Shown: positions 42,348-53,851, counted from the stretch's first letter. The stretch: DNA of 64,000 bases from an uncultured cyanobacterium (GCA_963749915.1 CAVVOP010000008.1:32001-96000); one strand, 5' to 3'. Notes: a model not told the origin generated them from the letters alone. Program-made: numbers and translations.

Positions 42348-43043
42348 TTAAATATTTTTCATTCTGGCACTACTGCGCGATCGCACTGGAGGAGTTTTTA
42401 AGGGTTGATTTTCTGATGGTTGATCTTGTTTTTGTTTCGCTTTAGACGCACTACGGCGCAAAGCCTGTAAACGTTCTTCATATTTCTTACGCCGACTACG
42501 GTTAGGGGTTTGCTCTATCAATGTTTTAAATGCACTACCTAAACTTTGATAAGCATTCTTCATGGAATAACCGAAACGAGTCGCGATGATAATGGCTTTC
42601 TCATCGGCTTCTATGGCTTCCCTGAGATTCTTTTCACCGTTATTTTTTTGCCACAAACGATAGCCAGAAATACCGCATAAACCTAACGCTAATAATAACA
42701 ATAAACCATCTTGTACCCACAACTCACCCACAGCACCACCTAAACCGATAGCTAAGGCCGCCATTTCCCAACCTTCACGAGGTATAGTATCATTCTGGAT
42801 ACGGGCGACTTCATGCCAAAACATTAAATTACGTTGATCGATCGCCAAATTTTCCCACTTGGCTAAATCAATTTGAATCTCGATCTCATCTTTACCTAAT
42901 TCTTCAGTGCGGATTAAAGGGGGATTAACTTCTGTAGAGGCTTCTATCATAACCCAACTTTGTAACTCTGGAGGGAGTAAAGTTTTGAGCCTTCTCAATT
43001 CGTTCATTTCTGCTCTAGCGGAGGAAGTTGTATAAGAAGTCAT
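42348..43043 (-). CDS. DUF3318-like conserved cyanobacterial membrane protein
   Basis: ELRRLKTLLPPELQSWV, DQRNLMFWHEVARIQNDTIP..GWEMAALAIGLGGAVGELWVQDG. Confidence 0.75.
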   Translation of the reverse strand: MTSYTTSSARAEMNELRRLKTLLPPELQSWVMIEASTEVNPPLIRTEELGKDEIEIQIDLAKWENLAIDQRNLMFWHEVARIQNDTIPREGWEMAALAIGLGGAVGELWVQDGLLLLLALGLCGISGYRLWQKNNGEKNLREAIEADEKAIIIATRFGYSMKNAYQSLGSAFKTLIEQTPNRSRRKKYEERLQALRRSASKAKQKQDQPSENQPLKTPPVRSRSSARMKNI

Positions 43044-43125
43044 ATAATTGTTCTGAGTAGATCTATATTTTGATAGACTTAAATTTTATTCTAGTCTTAT
43101 TTTAATTTTTATTGACGATCTTAAC

Positions 43126-43527
43126 ATGGAACGTGGTTTATTATGGTTCCCTTTGCTGATAGTTTTCATTTGGTTAGCATGGAGTGGTAAAAAAGAATAT
43201 CAAAAAGTTGAGGCTTATAAACTTTGGGCAGAACAATTCAATCAATCAAAGTATGATATTTATGCGGTTTTAGGAAAGAAAGGAGATTTAATTACATGGG
43301 GAAAACCAACTTCTAAGGGGATTATTAACCAAAAAACTTTTTCTTTGCAAAACCTTGAGCAAATTAATCTTACTTTAAAAAATCAGATAATAAACATAGA
43401 TAACATACCTGAAAATGGTGAGGGTAACTTACAATTTTTATTAAAAGATAATGAAATAATAAATATACCTTTTACTGATATTAATTTAGCAGTAAGATGG
43501 TTGATGTATCTACAAAATTTATTTTAG
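43126..43527 (+). CDS. Hypothetical protein with N-terminal TM helix
   Basis: MERGLLWFPLL...SKYDIYAVLG; intact 133-aa ORF. Confidence 0.65.
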   Translation: MERGLLWFPLLIVFIWLAWSGKKEYQKVEAYKLWAEQFNQSKYDIYAVLGKKGDLITWGKPTSKGIINQKTFSLQNLEQINLTLKNQIINIDNIPENGEGNLQFLLKDNEIINIPFTDINLAVRWLMYLQNLF

Positions 43528-43603
43528 ATAAAAATTGAGAGTCCTATTAACTTCAAGCTTAATTTTCTTGATTCATTTTGGCGAAGGTATTGATTGCTAA
43601 TTG

Positions 43604-44596
43604 TTAAAAAAACCATCCGTAGGAATGTAAGCCTTTACCTAAGAGGTTGACGCCTAAATAACAAACCCAAACGACAATAAAACCACTGGCGGCTAATATC
43701 GCAGGTTTTCTTCCCTGCCAACCTTTAGTTATGCGTGCGTGTAAATAAGCGGCAAATACTAACCATGTAATTAACGCCCATGTTTCCTTGGGATCCCAAC
43801 TCCAATAAGACCCCCATGCTTCATTTGCCCATACGCCGCCAGAAATAATACCGATGGTTAATAACGGAAAGCCTAAGCCGATGATACGATAACTGATATT
43901 GTCGAGAGTATCTATTAAACTTAATCTTTCAGGAGAAAGGGGGATAATTTCCCTTTTAGGTTGTGTTAAAACAGCGGTATTGCCTGAACAATTATCGATA
44001 TCGGAAGACACAGACTCACTTTTATAGTTAAGATTCAGTTTTTTAACATTACGGTAAGCTCCTGTACCGACAGAACTACCCCTCAATTGAATTTCTTTGC
44101 CTTGGGTGAGGATTAAAAATGCGATCGCCATTAAAGATCCCACCATCAAGGCGGAATAACTAAACATCATGACGCTAACGTGCATCATTAACCAATTAGA
44201 TTTTAATGCTGGAACAAGAGGTTCGCTGTGTTGCATTTCTGAGGGTAAAGATAAGGCGGCAAAGGCACTAATTCCCATTGCTACAGGTGCAGTGACCACT
44301 CCCACTAAACGACTACTGCTCATATTTTCGGCGATTAAATGTACCGCAGTAATGCCCCATGTTAAGAAAAATAAAGATTCGTAAAGATTACTGAGGGGAA
44401 AATACCCTCCTTCTAGCCAACGGGCAATTAATAAGGTTGCGATGGCCAAATTAGCAATAATTATCCCCATAGTGCCAAGTTTAGGTAAGAGGGTAAAATT
44501 GGGGAAAGCCGTAGCTACCCAGTAACATAACATCGTCAGAAAAAGAACAGCAAAAGAAAGATTATCTAAAGTATTTTGTAAATTAACTAAATTCAT
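43604..44596 (-). CDS. ccsA: Cytochrome c biogenesis protein (system II, CcsA; also called CcsB)
   Basis: [20 protein letters not shown] domain [25 protein letters not shown]. Confidence 0.95.
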   Translation of the reverse strand: MNLVNLQNTLDNLSFAVLFLTMLCYWVATAFPNFTLLPKLGTMGIIIANLAIATLLIARWLEGGYFPLSNLYESLFFLTWGITAVHLIAENMSSSRLVGVVTAPVAMGISAFAALSLPSEMQHSEPLVPALKSNWLMMHVSVMMFSYSALMVGSLMAIAFLILTQGKEIQLRGSSVGTGAYRNVKKLNLNYKSESVSSDIDNCSGNTAVLTQPKREIIPLSPERLSLIDTLDNISYRIIGLGFPLLTIGIISGGVWANEAWGSYWSWDPKETWALITWLVFAAYLHARITKGWQGRKPAILAASGFIVVWVCYLGVNLLGKGLHSYGWFF

Positions 44597-44914
44597 AGAG
44601 TTTTCAATAATTGATAATTGATAATTGATAATTTCCCATTCTCCTCACATATACTTACTGGTAAATTGGATAAGAAAATAGTCAAACTTAATCATCATTA
44701 GTTTTATTTAATCATCTTTATCAGTTAATTGCACCTATTTGGGTTTGATTATCCGAAACCAAATAGGTGCAAAAATTTACCCACTGCCATCGATGACAAA
44801 GAAATCAACAGAAAAGTTAGTTAAAATGGATTGTAAGTTCACTCTACTTAACAAATCAGTAATGACTTAGAGATTATAATAAATTATTAGTGTCCAAAAT
44901 TAGGATCGAATTTT

Positions 44915-45997
44915 ATGATTGATGTAATTATTATTAGTATTTTTGTCTTAGCCTTTGGCGGTGTGGGCTTTGATCTTATTCAAATTCTACCGGATGATAT
45001 ACAAAGTCAAATATCTAATATTCAGGCCTTACGGTGGTTAGCAGCCGGATTTGCTTCTATTATCGGTTTGGCTATGGGTTTAGTGGCACAGACTACCTAT
45101 AGAAGGTTAGAGCAAAAAATCCGGAAAACTCCCATTGAAGTTATTATCACACGCGCGATCGGCTTAGTGATCGGGTTATTATTAGCTAATTTAATGTTAG
45201 CCCCCATTTTCTTGTTACCAATTCCGGGTAACTTTAGCTTCATTAAACCCATGATGGCGATTTTAGGCAGTGTAATGTTTGCTGTTTTAGGGGTATCTTT
45301 AGCAGATACTCACGGTCGCACTTTTTTACGGTTAATTAATCCTAATAGTATCGAGTCCATGTTAGTGGCTGAGGGCACATTAAAACCCGTTGCCGCAAAA
45401 ATTCTTGATACTAGTTGTATTATTGACGGGCGTATTCAACAACTTTTAGCTACTGGTTTTCTCGAAGGGCAGATTTTAATACCACAGTTTATCTTACATG
45501 AGTTACAACAATTAGCCGACACGACTAATGATCAAAAAAGAGTCAGAGGAAGACGGGGATTAGATATCTTAAATCAAATGCAAGAAACCTATCCCGACAA
45601 AATCGTCATTCATCCCGAAGAATACGAAGATGTCACCACCGTTGACGCTAAATTATTGCACTTAGCCCAAGATATTAATGCCATGTTAATTACTAATGAT
45701 TTTAATTTGAGTAAAGTGGCCAGTTTACAGAAAATTGAGATTCTTAATGTTAATGATTTAGCACAAGCCGTAAGACCAATTTATCTACCGGGGGACTATA
45801 TCGACCTAAAAATTCTCAAAAATGGAAAAGAACCAACTCAGGGTATCGGTTACTTAGAGGATGGTACAATGGTGGTGGTAGAAGAAGCTAATGGTCATGT
45901 AGGGGAAGAAATGAGAGTTGTTGTCACTTCTGCCTTGCAAACTTCTGCTGGAAGAATGATTTTTGCCAAAACTAATGCTTCTGCGGTTATTTCTTAA
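44915..45997 (+). CDS. Membrane-anchored PIN/TRAM domain protein (YacL-like)
   Basis: ILDTSCIIDGRI, RGRRGLDIL, TNDFNL, GIGYLEDGTMVVVE, LQTSAGRMIFA. Confidence 0.92.
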   Translation: MIDVIIISIFVLAFGGVGFDLIQILPDDIQSQISNIQALRWLAAGFASIIGLAMGLVAQTTYRRLEQKIRKTPIEVIITRAIGLVIGLLLANLMLAPIFLLPIPGNFSFIKPMMAILGSVMFAVLGVSLADTHGRTFLRLINPNSIESMLVAEGTLKPVAAKILDTSCIIDGRIQQLLATGFLEGQILIPQFILHELQQLADTTNDQKRVRGRRGLDILNQMQETYPDKIVIHPEEYEDVTTVDAKLLHLAQDINAMLITNDFNLSKVASLQKIEILNVNDLAQAVRPIYLPGDYIDLKILKNGKEPTQGIGYLEDGTMVVVEEANGHVGEEMRVVVTSALQTSAGRMIFAKTNASAVIS

Positions 45998-46043
45998 AAT
46001 CTGATCGTCGATGTCGATAATGGACAATTTACAATTACGGGAC

Positions 46044-46177
46044 GGGACTTACGCACAAACCCTAAATTTGGGGTGGGCATTAACTGCCCACTTATCCCCA
46101 TAAAAAGTCATGCATGCAGTGCAGTTAATATTAAGGTAAAGGGTAAAGCTTTAAAAGCAATTATGTCTGAAGTCCTA
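46044..46177. mobile_element. Degenerate MITE with an internal REP-like palindrome
   Basis: Ends GGGACTTACGCA ... TGTCTGAAGTCCT; internal GTGGGCATTAACTGCCCAC hairpin. Confidence 0.45.
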
Positions 46178-46259
46178 ACTATTAGGGAGAAACAGCTTGT
46201 TTGCGGATTTTAGATAATTCAGAAATATAGAATTAATACAATGGAAGTATTTATAGATT

Positions 46260-46769
46260 ATGACTAATGTGAATTTTCAATATCCTATTTTCGGTCCAGA
46301 AATAAAATGTCCTCATTGTCGTCAAACCATAGAAGCATTAACCCTCACAGATACCTATTTATGCTCCCGTCATGGTGCTTTTGAAGCCGATCCTAATACG
46401 AAGGTGCTTGTGCATTTACAATCAGGGCGACATTGGCGATTATGGGAAGAGAAATGGTATCGACAACATACTCATCCCGATGGTATTAGATTTGAAATTC
46501 ATGAGGCCTTAGATCGCCTTTATACAGAGGGCTATCGTGCCACAAAAGTAACTATCGCCGAACGCTACTATCCCTTAATTAGTTCTTATTTAGAAAAAGG
46601 TAATAATTGGCAAGGAGATCAAGAAAATAAAGTATATAAGTTATATGGCTTACCTGTAGAATTTAGCAGTAAATCCAATGGAGAACCTTGTTGGGAGATT
46701 ATCAATTTTATCTTAGAAAAAGAAAAAGGTGCACCTTCTCGTTATCCTTATTTTCGTTTATTTGAATAA
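46260..46769 (+). CDS. TIGR02652/DUF2396-like cyanobacterial Zn-ribbon protein
   Basis: YPIFGPEIKCPHCRQTI.ALTLTDTYLCSRHGAFEADP, RQHTHPDGIRFEIHEALDRLY. Confidence 0.75.
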   Translation: MTNVNFQYPIFGPEIKCPHCRQTIEALTLTDTYLCSRHGAFEADPNTKVLVHLQSGRHWRLWEEKWYRQHTHPDGIRFEIHEALDRLYTEGYRATKVTIAERYYPLISSYLEKGNNWQGDQENKVYKLYGLPVEFSSKSNGEPCWEIINFILEKEKGAPSRYPYFRLFE

Positions 46770-46783
46770 GCCTAGACTTACCT

Positions 46784-47218
46784 ATGATACATCATATAGC
46801 TATTCGCACAGCGGATATAATGAAGGCCATAGCCTTTTATGAATTATTGGGGTTTACCGTTAAAGAAAGGTTTACCGCCGGTTATACTTTAGCCTGTTGG
46901 TTGGAAGGATTAGGGGGGAGATTGGAATTAATGCAAATACCCGAACCAAAACCCGCCCCCGATAGCTTTTATGATGAACACTATGTGGGTTATTATCATC
47001 TTTCCCTTGACGTTACCAATGAGGAAGTTAATTTACCGACATGGTTACAACAACTGGAACATAAGTTTCGACAAGCAAATTTAGAAAATCCCTACCTTAT
47101 CTCCTCCTTGAAGATATTATTACCACCGCAACAACAAATGATTGGGGAAAAGGTTTATGAAGTCGCTTTTATCGCCGATATAGATAATTTACCTATCGAG
47201 TTAATTAGCCTTTGCTGA
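46784..47218 (+). CDS. VOC/glyoxalase family protein
   Basis: MIHHIAIRTADI..AIAFYELLGF, GYYHLSL, FIADIDNLPIEL. Confidence 0.85.
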   Translation: MIHHIAIRTADIMKAIAFYELLGFTVKERFTAGYTLACWLEGLGGRLELMQIPEPKPAPDSFYDEHYVGYYHLSLDVTNEEVNLPTWLQQLEHKFRQANLENPYLISSLKILLPPQQQMIGEKVYEVAFIADIDNLPIELISLC

Positions 47219-47295
47219 AAAATTTGCTGATTGTTTAACTCCCTTTTCATGTAATAATTCTTAAAGAACCTTTAAGATTTGCTTAACATATCGTC

Positions 47296-47643
47296 ATGAG
47301 CGAAGCCGCCAAAGAAAAAACTTTAGCAGAACAAGCACCCCCTAGTTATGAATGTCGTTCCTGTGGTTATACCTACGTACCCTCAAAGGGTGACAGTAAA
47401 ACAAATATAGCCCCCGGCACCTTATTTACTGATTTACCCAGTAATTGGCGTTGTCCGGTTTGTGGGGCGAGTCATAAGGCATTTGTAAATATCGGTGCAC
47501 AGGATGCACCATCAGGATTTGCGGAAAACTTAGAGTTTGGTTTTGGGGTTAATAAATTAACACCAGGTCAAAAAAATATACTAATTTTCGGTGCTTTAGC
47601 TTTGGGTATCTTATTCTTTCTCAGTTTATATGGATTGAATTAA
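47296..47643 (+). CDS. rubA: Membrane-anchored rubredoxin
   Basis: YECRSCGY...WRCPVCG plus C-terminal TM helix; canonical position upstream of ycf48-psbEFLJ. Confidence 0.95.
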   Translation: MSEAAKEKTLAEQAPPSYECRSCGYTYVPSKGDSKTNIAPGTLFTDLPSNWRCPVCGASHKAFVNIGAQDAPSGFAENLEFGFGVNKLTPGQKNILIFGALALGILFFLSLYGLN

Positions 47644-47751
47644 AAATTGATAATGAATAATAAACAGTTGACAATTACAATTAGTTCAAAGGTTTTCCCC
47701 TCTCAAAAAAGTTTATTAATCCATAAAAGAAATCATATTTTGGAAATAAAA

Positions 47752-48741
47752 ATGAATCTGTTATTTAATCGACTAAAACAAATTTTAGTGTTTATAGTCG
47801 TTGGTTTTCTCTGTATTAGTTGTTCAAATTTACCGTCTATGACTCAAAATCCTTGGCAACTGATTAATTTAGAGACTGATGCTACTTTTGCCGATTTAGC
47901 CTTTACTAGTGACCCGAATCACGGTTGGTTAGTGGGCACTAAGGCTAGTTTATTTGAAACTAATGACGGTGGCGAAACTTGGCAACCTAAAATTATTGAA
48001 TTGGGAGAAGAAAAAGTCGGTTTTACGGGTATTAGTTTCAATGATGATGAAGGTTGGGTTACTGGTGAGCCTTCTATTTTGTTACATACATCTAATGGTG
48101 GAATGACTTGGGATCGCATTCCCTTAAGTGACAAATTACCTGGTCTTCCTTATGATGTAGTTGCCCTTGCCCCGAATACAGCGGAAATGGTGACCAACTT
48201 AGGTGCTATTTATAAAACCACTGACGGTGGAAAAACTTGGAAAGCATTAGTAGAAGGTTCAGTAGGCGTTGCTCGTAGTATTAACCGATCTGCTGATGGT
48301 AAATATGTAGCTGTAAGTGCAAGGGGTAATTTTTATTCCACATGGCAACCCGGTGATACTGAATGGACACCTCATAACAGAACATCTTCTCGCCGTTTAC
48401 AAAATATGGGCTTTTTTGACGATAATCGTCTCTGGTTAATTGCTAGAGGTGGACAAATTCAATTAAGTAAAAATGATAATTTTGAGGAGTGGGAAGAGCC
48501 TATTAACCCTGAATATTCAGCCAGTTGGGGTTTCCTGGATTTGGCCACTCGTGAGGATAATGAAATTTGGTTAGCAGGGGGTAGTGCTAATTTATTAGTT
48601 AGTCCTGATTCTGGCATTACTTGGGAAAAAGATCGAGAAGTAGAATCTGTGCCGTCCAATTTCTATAAAATCGTCTTTTTAAATCCAGATCAAGGTTTTG
48701 TTTTAGGACAGCGTGGTGTTCTGCTAAAATATAATACTTAG
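47752..48741 (+). CDS. ycf48: PSII assembly factor Ycf48/HCF136
   Basis: Lipobox ISC, BNR repeats ([16 protein letters not shown]), [19 protein letters not shown]; start moved to ATG 47752. Confidence 0.95.
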   Translation: MNLLFNRLKQILVFIVVGFLCISCSNLPSMTQNPWQLINLETDATFADLAFTSDPNHGWLVGTKASLFETNDGGETWQPKIIELGEEKVGFTGISFNDDEGWVTGEPSILLHTSNGGMTWDRIPLSDKLPGLPYDVVALAPNTAEMVTNLGAIYKTTDGGKTWKALVEGSVGVARSINRSADGKYVAVSARGNFYSTWQPGDTEWTPHNRTSSRRLQNMGFFDDNRLWLIARGGQIQLSKNDNFEEWEEPINPEYSASWGFLDLATREDNEIWLAGGSANLLVSPDSGITWEKDREVESVPSNFYKIVFLNPDQGFVLGQRGVLLKYNT

Positions 48742-48832
48742 AGTGGGGCGTTAAGTTAGTTTAGTGCTAAGTTAAGTCGTTAATGCTGTAAATTAGTTAT
48801 ATAGTGAAAAAAATTTAGGAGGCAATGCTTTT

Positions 48833-49078
48833 ATGGCTGGAGATACAGGTGAACGTCCATTTACCGATATTGTAACCAGTGTACGCTACTGGGTTATTCA
48901 TAGTATTACTATTCCCATGCTTTTCATTGCTGGTTGGTTATTCGTGAGTACTGGTCTGGCTTATGATGCCTTTGGTACTCCTCGCCCTGATCAGTATTTT
49001 AATCAAACCCGTGAAGAGTTACCCATTCTTAGCGATCGCTATGAGGCAACGAAACAAATTGAACAGTTTAATAAATAG
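48833..49078 (+). CDS. psbE: Cytochrome b559 alpha subunit
   Basis: [48 protein letters not shown]. Confidence 0.98.
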   Translation: MAGDTGERPFTDIVTSVRYWVIHSITIPMLFIAGWLFVSTGLAYDAFGTPRPDQYFNQTREELPILSDRYEATKQIEQFNK

Positions 49079-49105
49079 TTAGTTACATAAAAAGGTACAT
49101 AAAAA

Positions 49106-49237
49106 ATGACGAATAGTCCTAATCAACCAATTTCATATCCTATTTTTACTGTCAGATGGTTAGCTGTGCATACTTTAGCTGTTCCTTCTGTATTTTTCAT
49201 TGGTGCAATTACTGCTATGCAATTTATTCAACGATAG
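49106..49237 (+). CDS. psbF: Cytochrome b559 beta subunit
   Basis: Hand translation [43 protein letters not shown]. Confidence 0.97.
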   Translation: MTNSPNQPISYPIFTVRWLAVHTLAVPSVFFIGAITAMQFIQR

Positions 49238-49246
49238 GGGGGATTA

Positions 49247-49366
49247 ATGGACAGAAATCAAAATCCTAACAAACAATCTGTAGAATTAAACCGCACTTCC
49301 CTTTATTTGGGTTTATTATTTGTGGCGGTACTCGGTGTTTTATTCTCTAGTTATTTCTTTAACTAA
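49247..49366 (+). CDS. psbL: Photosystem II protein L
   Basis: [39 protein letters not shown]. Confidence 0.97.
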   Translation: MDRNQNPNKQSVELNRTSLYLGLLFVAVLGVLFSSYFFN

Positions 49367-49398
49367 AAACCAATTTATTTAATCTAGGAGGTTCAATT

Positions 49399-49515
49399 AT
49401 GGGAGACGCAAGGATTCCCTTATGGATTGTCGGTACTGTTGCCGGAATGGGCGTTTTAGCTGTAGTAGCATTATTTTTCTATGGTGCTTATGCTGGTGTT
49501 GGTTCATCTTTATAA
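49399..49515 (+). CDS. psbJ: Photosystem II protein J
   Basis: [47 protein letters not shown]. Confidence 0.97.
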   Translation: MGDARIPLWIVGTVAGMGVLAVVALFFYGAYAGVGSSL

Positions 49516-49544
49516 GATAGTTTAATTAAAACTAATTAACTCGT

Positions 49545-49583
49545 AAAAAACTGCTCTTAGACTTATTCTGGGGCGGTTTTTTC
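49545..49583 (+). terminator. psbEFLJ terminator
   Basis: AAAAAACTGCTCTTAG...CTGGGGCGGTTTTTT hairpin with G-U pairs and T-tract. Confidence 0.65.
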
Positions 49584-49586
49584 GTT

Positions 49587-50044
49587 ATTAACTTACTCAA
49601 CTGTGTTTATCACGGAGGAAATGTAACGTTACCCATTGGTTTTGACGTGATCAAAAAACCCATAGAGTTCTGTGAAATCAAAACAAAAAAGAAAAAGCGA
49701 AAAGCAACACAAACAAAGATGGAAGCACAGGAATTTTGTATCTAGCTTGTAGTGACCTAAACTGTGATGGCAATGCAATAGAAACAATCTACCAAAAACG
49801 GTGGAAAGTAGAAGTCTTTCACAAAACACTAAAATCGAATACTGGTTTAGCTAAATCACCAACAAAGTGTATTAAAACTCAGTGTAATCATATTTTTATG
49901 TCAATATATGCAGCGTTTCAATTAGAATGCCTAAAGATCAAGCATAAGGTCAATCATTTTGCTCTTCGGAGTCGTATTTACATTAAGGCACTCCAAGAAG
50001 CTATGACAGAGTTACAGTTGCTCAAGGCTGCGTAACATCAGTTA
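49587..50044 (+). mobile_element. IS701-like transposase remnant (internally deleted)
   Basis: INLLNCVYH...LPIGFDVIKKP joined to DGSTGILYLACSD...YQKRWKVEVFHKTLKSN...TQCNHIF; end GCGTAACATCAGTTA. Confidence 0.75.
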
Positions 50045-50045
50045 T

Positions 50046-50165
50046 TAACGTTCAGTTTCCAGATTATTTAAGACAAAAATAGGAGCCCCAGCCAAGTCAT
50101 TTCGTATGGCATTGGGTGCATTAAAGAAAATTAACCGGAGTATTTCTTGCTTTTTACAAGGACTA
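50046..50165 (+). mobile_element. IS5-like transposase fragment
   Basis: Short frame KIGAPAKSFRMALGAL resembles cyanobacterial IS5 N-terminal region (from memory). Confidence 0.45.
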
Positions 50166-50245
50166 ATTAACATTGTCGCTGATTTACTCTGTGGTAAAGG
50201 TATTTACCTAAATGATTTATTTCCACAATCACCTTTTGTCGTTAA

Positions 50246-50610
50246 TAAGCTAAGACGCATTAATCTAGTATATAATTGACAGAAAAAAATATTGGGATAA
50301 AAAGCAATGCCTGTTAAAAACTTTTTGTCAGATGAAGAAAAAAAATACTTACAAAATGCTTTAAAAACCGAGAATAGGCCAGAACTTAGAGAAAGGATTT
50401 TAATATTTTTATTAGAAAATGATGGCAGAAATTACCAAGAAATTGCAGATTTTTTAGGTTGTTCTGCCAGAAAAGTTGCATATTGGGCGGTTCATGGTAA
50501 CCCCAATAATATTGAGAGTCTTGAAAATAAAACACGAAAGGGAAATCATCAAAAAGCAACAAAAGAATATATAGAATTACTATTAAAAATAGTAGATAAA
50601 GATCCCTGTG
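50246..50610 (+). mobile_element. IS630-family 5' remnant (HTH domain only)
   Basis: End motif TAAGCTAAGACGCATT; MPVKNFLSDEEKKYLQ...GRNYQEIADFLGCS...KATKEYIELLLKIVDKDP then truncated. Confidence 0.75.
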
Positions 50611-50683
50611 AGCAATGTTTTAGAATTTATTAAGGAAACTATTTCTGCAAATAGAAAGGGAAATTCTACTCCATCTTTAATTC

Positions 50684-52384
50684 CTAGAACACCGATTCAG
50701 TAATCGAAAACTAGGCAGTGTCTGATTTTGAAGCAAATAGCTCTGGGTCGTCTTTTAACAGCCTGACCAGTACATGAAGGTTATGAACAACCGCCGTGGG
50801 ACGTAAGTCGAATAAATTTTTTCGCACTCCGATGTAAGGAGCTTTATCACCTTGCCAGCGACCAATGTGAGATAAACTATGTTCCACAGTTACTCGTTCT
50901 CGTAATTTAGCCCGACCCTTGGGTGTTAATTGACGTTGGCGTAACTCCGTAATGAATTTCTCATCAGAATGAATTGAGACAGTACGCCCTCTCTTACTGG
51001 TAGTACACTTATTTCTTAGAGGACAACTGGCACAAGTGGCTGCAGGAAACTGCACTTTTCCACCCTCTTCAAAAGATAAACTAACTTGATTCGGACAGGT
51101 AATCGTTGCCGATTCCCAATCTAAAATAAAGGAGGATTTGGCAAATTTATTGCCATTAGATACTCGCCAAGCTTTACAATAAGGGAAATTGCTTCAGTCA
51201 CGGAAGCTTCTGCTACATTGGCCATCGTGATGCCGACGGCTCGTACCATTCCCAGGTCTAAATCCTTGAGAAGATGACGTTTATAACCATCAAACCTTTT
51301 GCTGCGGTTTTTACGTCCATGACGCATTTGTTCATCTTCAATAGTAATGCGTCGGTTTTTAGTTACTCCTTTTCGCAGTTTTACTTCGCCCTGCTCATCT
51401 ACCTCTACATCTTGTGCCTCTATCTGTTGGGTAGCTTCAAGGCTAGAGAGAACCACTGGATGAGACTTAGTTTCTGGCTCTAACTCTAAATGGCTTTCTA
51501 TTTTAGATAATACTCCCAACACCATACTATCACGCCAAAACTTTCTCTTCTGGGTCATCCCAATTCAAATCCAATGCCGCTTTTAAACTTGACCCTGCTA
51601 CTAAATCAGCATCCATTTCCGATGCCATTTCTGTCAACTCCCGCCCCTGTTGACGAGCTATCACACTCAACGCTTTTTGAGAGAGCATGTCCCAACAAAT
51701 TATAGGTGTCTTCCACCTTGGCTGCTCCCCACAACGGTGAAGAATCCAAAGCTGCTCGCAATTAATTGTCGTGAACCGAATTTTTTGCTCTTTTGAGCTA
51801 GTTCTACTGTTCGTTCAATCAGACGTCGGTCAAGTTGGTGAATGATCAGAGCTTGTCGAAATCTCACCAAGGTTGCCTGAGCAAAAGGAGCCTGTTCACA
51901 ATCCAGACAATCCACTCACTACTAACTGCCATCGCCGATCCATAGTCAAAGCTTCAATGGCTTCGGCATCAGATGCTCCAGTATAAGCTTGTAAGATAGT
52001 CGTCAAAGCCAATTGTGCTGGGGGAATAGGAGGATGTCCTTTATCTGCTTCTGCATACATCTGGGACAGTTCTGACTGAAAGGCTTCATCAAATAATAAG
52101 TGGCGAATTTCTCATAAAAAGGTAAACAATTTGGCTCGTTTAATCAGTTTCACGATTTTTAGCTCTTTTTTTGACAACTCAATGGGCGGATTCCAATGTT
52201 CTGGTCCCATGGTCTTCTTCTTTTGCTATTGATCTAAAGTTTATTTTACCCCTCCTTTTTTCTCATTACCAAAATTTCACTGCCGGAGATTAATTCGTGA
52301 ATTAACTGCGAGCTTTTTAGAGAGTATTCAAATCCCTCAACAGCAAATCAGTCTTGCTTTTTGATTACTGAATCGGTGTTCTAG
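50684..52384 (-). mobile_element. IS1182-family element, transposase pseudogene (52210-50711)
   Basis: CTAG-AACACCGATTCAGTAATC ... GATTACTGAATCGGTGTT-CTAG; pieces GHPPIPPAQLAL..LQAYTGASD, MRHGRK..FDGYKRH, CASCPLRNKCT, RERVTVEHSLSH; several stops, frameshifts and a deletion. Confidence 0.9.
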
Positions 52385-52403
52385 TTTTTAATTGATTAAT
52401 TTT

Positions 52404-52472
52404 GGGTACAAGCCCCCACTAAATTTTCAATTTAGCGGTCTTCAATTAGTGGCGAGTTTAACCTGCCACTAA
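52404..52472. repeat. Palindromic IS200/IS605-end-like or REP-like element
   Basis: AAGCCCCCACTAAATTTTCAATTTAGCGG and ATTAGTGGC...GCCACTAAT hairpins. Confidence 0.45.
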
Positions 52473-52522
52473 TGATCTTTAATTTTGAATTGATAATTTT
52501 GAATTTTGAATTGTTTTGACTA

Positions 52523-53293
52523 TTAGGAAAATAATTGTGTACCCACTACCATTTCTGAAGTTGTACCATTACCTTCAGTTCGTAGCTCGTGGATATTGCG
52601 ACTCATTTCTCTAGCTTGATGGTAACTATCGATATCTCCTTGCTCAAAATAGAGTAAAGCGGCTTTCCGTAAATCATCAACGGCTTTTTGTTTGACACCA
52701 TCATCGATATACAGTACACCTCTCTTATGGTAGGCTTTGGCAAAACTAGAATCCTTCTTAATGGCTTCAGTATAATCCTCCATTGCCCCTGCTTTATTAC
52801 CCAATTTCTCGTAACTTAATCCTCTTTGATAGAAGAAGTCTGCCGAATCAGGCTGAGAGCGTAATTCTTGAGAAATATTTTCTACTTCTCTGATATTGCT
52901 AACAACGTTATTTAAGTCCTGGTGTTGTAATTCAAGTCTTTGAATTTCACTGTTAATCTGTTCCTGTTGTTGTGCTAGATTATCTTGAAATAATAGCTGT
53001 AATTTTTGCACACGATTGGCTAAATCAGTTTGATTTCCTGTTAATTTCGTGGTTAATTCACTGTGATTAGCTTCTAATGTTGCCATTAACTGATTGATAG
53101 TTTGTTCTTGCCGATTATAAGCCTCTACGAAACTATTTGTTAATTGTTTACGACTGGCAAGGTTACAACCAATCCCAACTGTTAAAGGAATAGAGGCAAA
53201 AATAGGATTATTCATGGCAACAGAGACAATAACCCCCATCACAGAAACTCCTAAACCGGCATAACCGACTATATCTTGTTTTTTGTCCATCAT
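52523..53293 (-). CDS. Membrane-anchored coiled-coil/TPR protein (Slr0151-like)
   Basis: Two N-terminal TM helices, coiled coil, TPRs (FYQRGLSYEKLG...AYHKRGVLY...AVDDLRKAA). Confidence 0.8.
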   Translation of the reverse strand: MMDKKQDIVGYAGLGVSVMGVIVSVAMNNPIFASIPLTVGIGCNLASRKQLTNSFVEAYNRQEQTINQLMATLEANHSELTTKLTGNQTDLANRVQKLQLLFQDNLAQQQEQINSEIQRLELQHQDLNNVVSNIREVENISQELRSQPDSADFFYQRGLSYEKLGNKAGAMEDYTEAIKKDSSFAKAYHKRGVLYIDDGVKQKAVDDLRKAALLYFEQGDIDSYHQAREMSRNIHELRTEGNGTTSEMVVGTQLFS

Positions 53294-53346
53294 CTTAATT
53301 AAAATACTCCAAATATTGAGATTGAAAATTGAAAAAGTAATATTAT

Positions 53347-53799
53347 CTAAACTAAAACCGCACAATTAAGCTCAAAAATAGGAAGGGCAAGTTTAGCTTC
53401 TTCTGGGGTTAAAAATTGCGGGATCACCCCTAACAAAACCTCATAAGTATCAATGTTGTCATTTTCAAAATTATAAGAGCGGGAAATAGTTTGAAACCAT
53501 AACAACATGTTCGTGCGTAACCGTTCCATGTCATCAAATAACAACGCCGCCGCACAATAGCGAATTAAATCAATTAAATCCCGTTTACAAGTGGCATAAT
53601 AATCTTCAAACTCAGGATTACGTTTATTTTTACCAAGTCTTACGGCTTCCACAATTTCTATAGCTGAATCTCTAATTTTGACATAAGCACTCATTCTTAA
53701 ATCTTTAGATTCTAAATAATCCTCTAAAAATCTTAACTCATAATCCTGGGCATAACCTCCGTCAGCTTCCAGGGTCAAATCTGCAAATTGTTTTAACAT
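53347..53799 (-). CDS. Phycobiliprotein-like globin (Slr0149-like)
   Basis: EADGGYA start motif and TCKRDLIDLIRY, aligning with phycobiliprotein ACLRDxxxxLRY. Confidence 0.78.
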   Translation of the reverse strand: MLKQFADLTLEADGGYAQDYELRFLEDYLESKDLRMSAYVKIRDSAIEIVEAVRLGKNKRNPEFEDYYATCKRDLIDLIRYCAAALLFDDMERLRTNMLLWFQTISRSYNFENDNIDTYEVLLGVIPQFLTPEEAKLALPIFELNCAVLV

Positions 53800-53851
53800 T
53801 GTCAAAAACTCCTTGTAATAATGGGTAATAAAATCTGATGGTGATGAAACA

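Noticed and set aside
42236..52515. Heptamer tandem repeats (GAATGCA near 42236, ATAATTG near 44607, AATTTTG near 52481)
   Set aside because: Ordinary cyanobacterial STRR-type intergenic repeats
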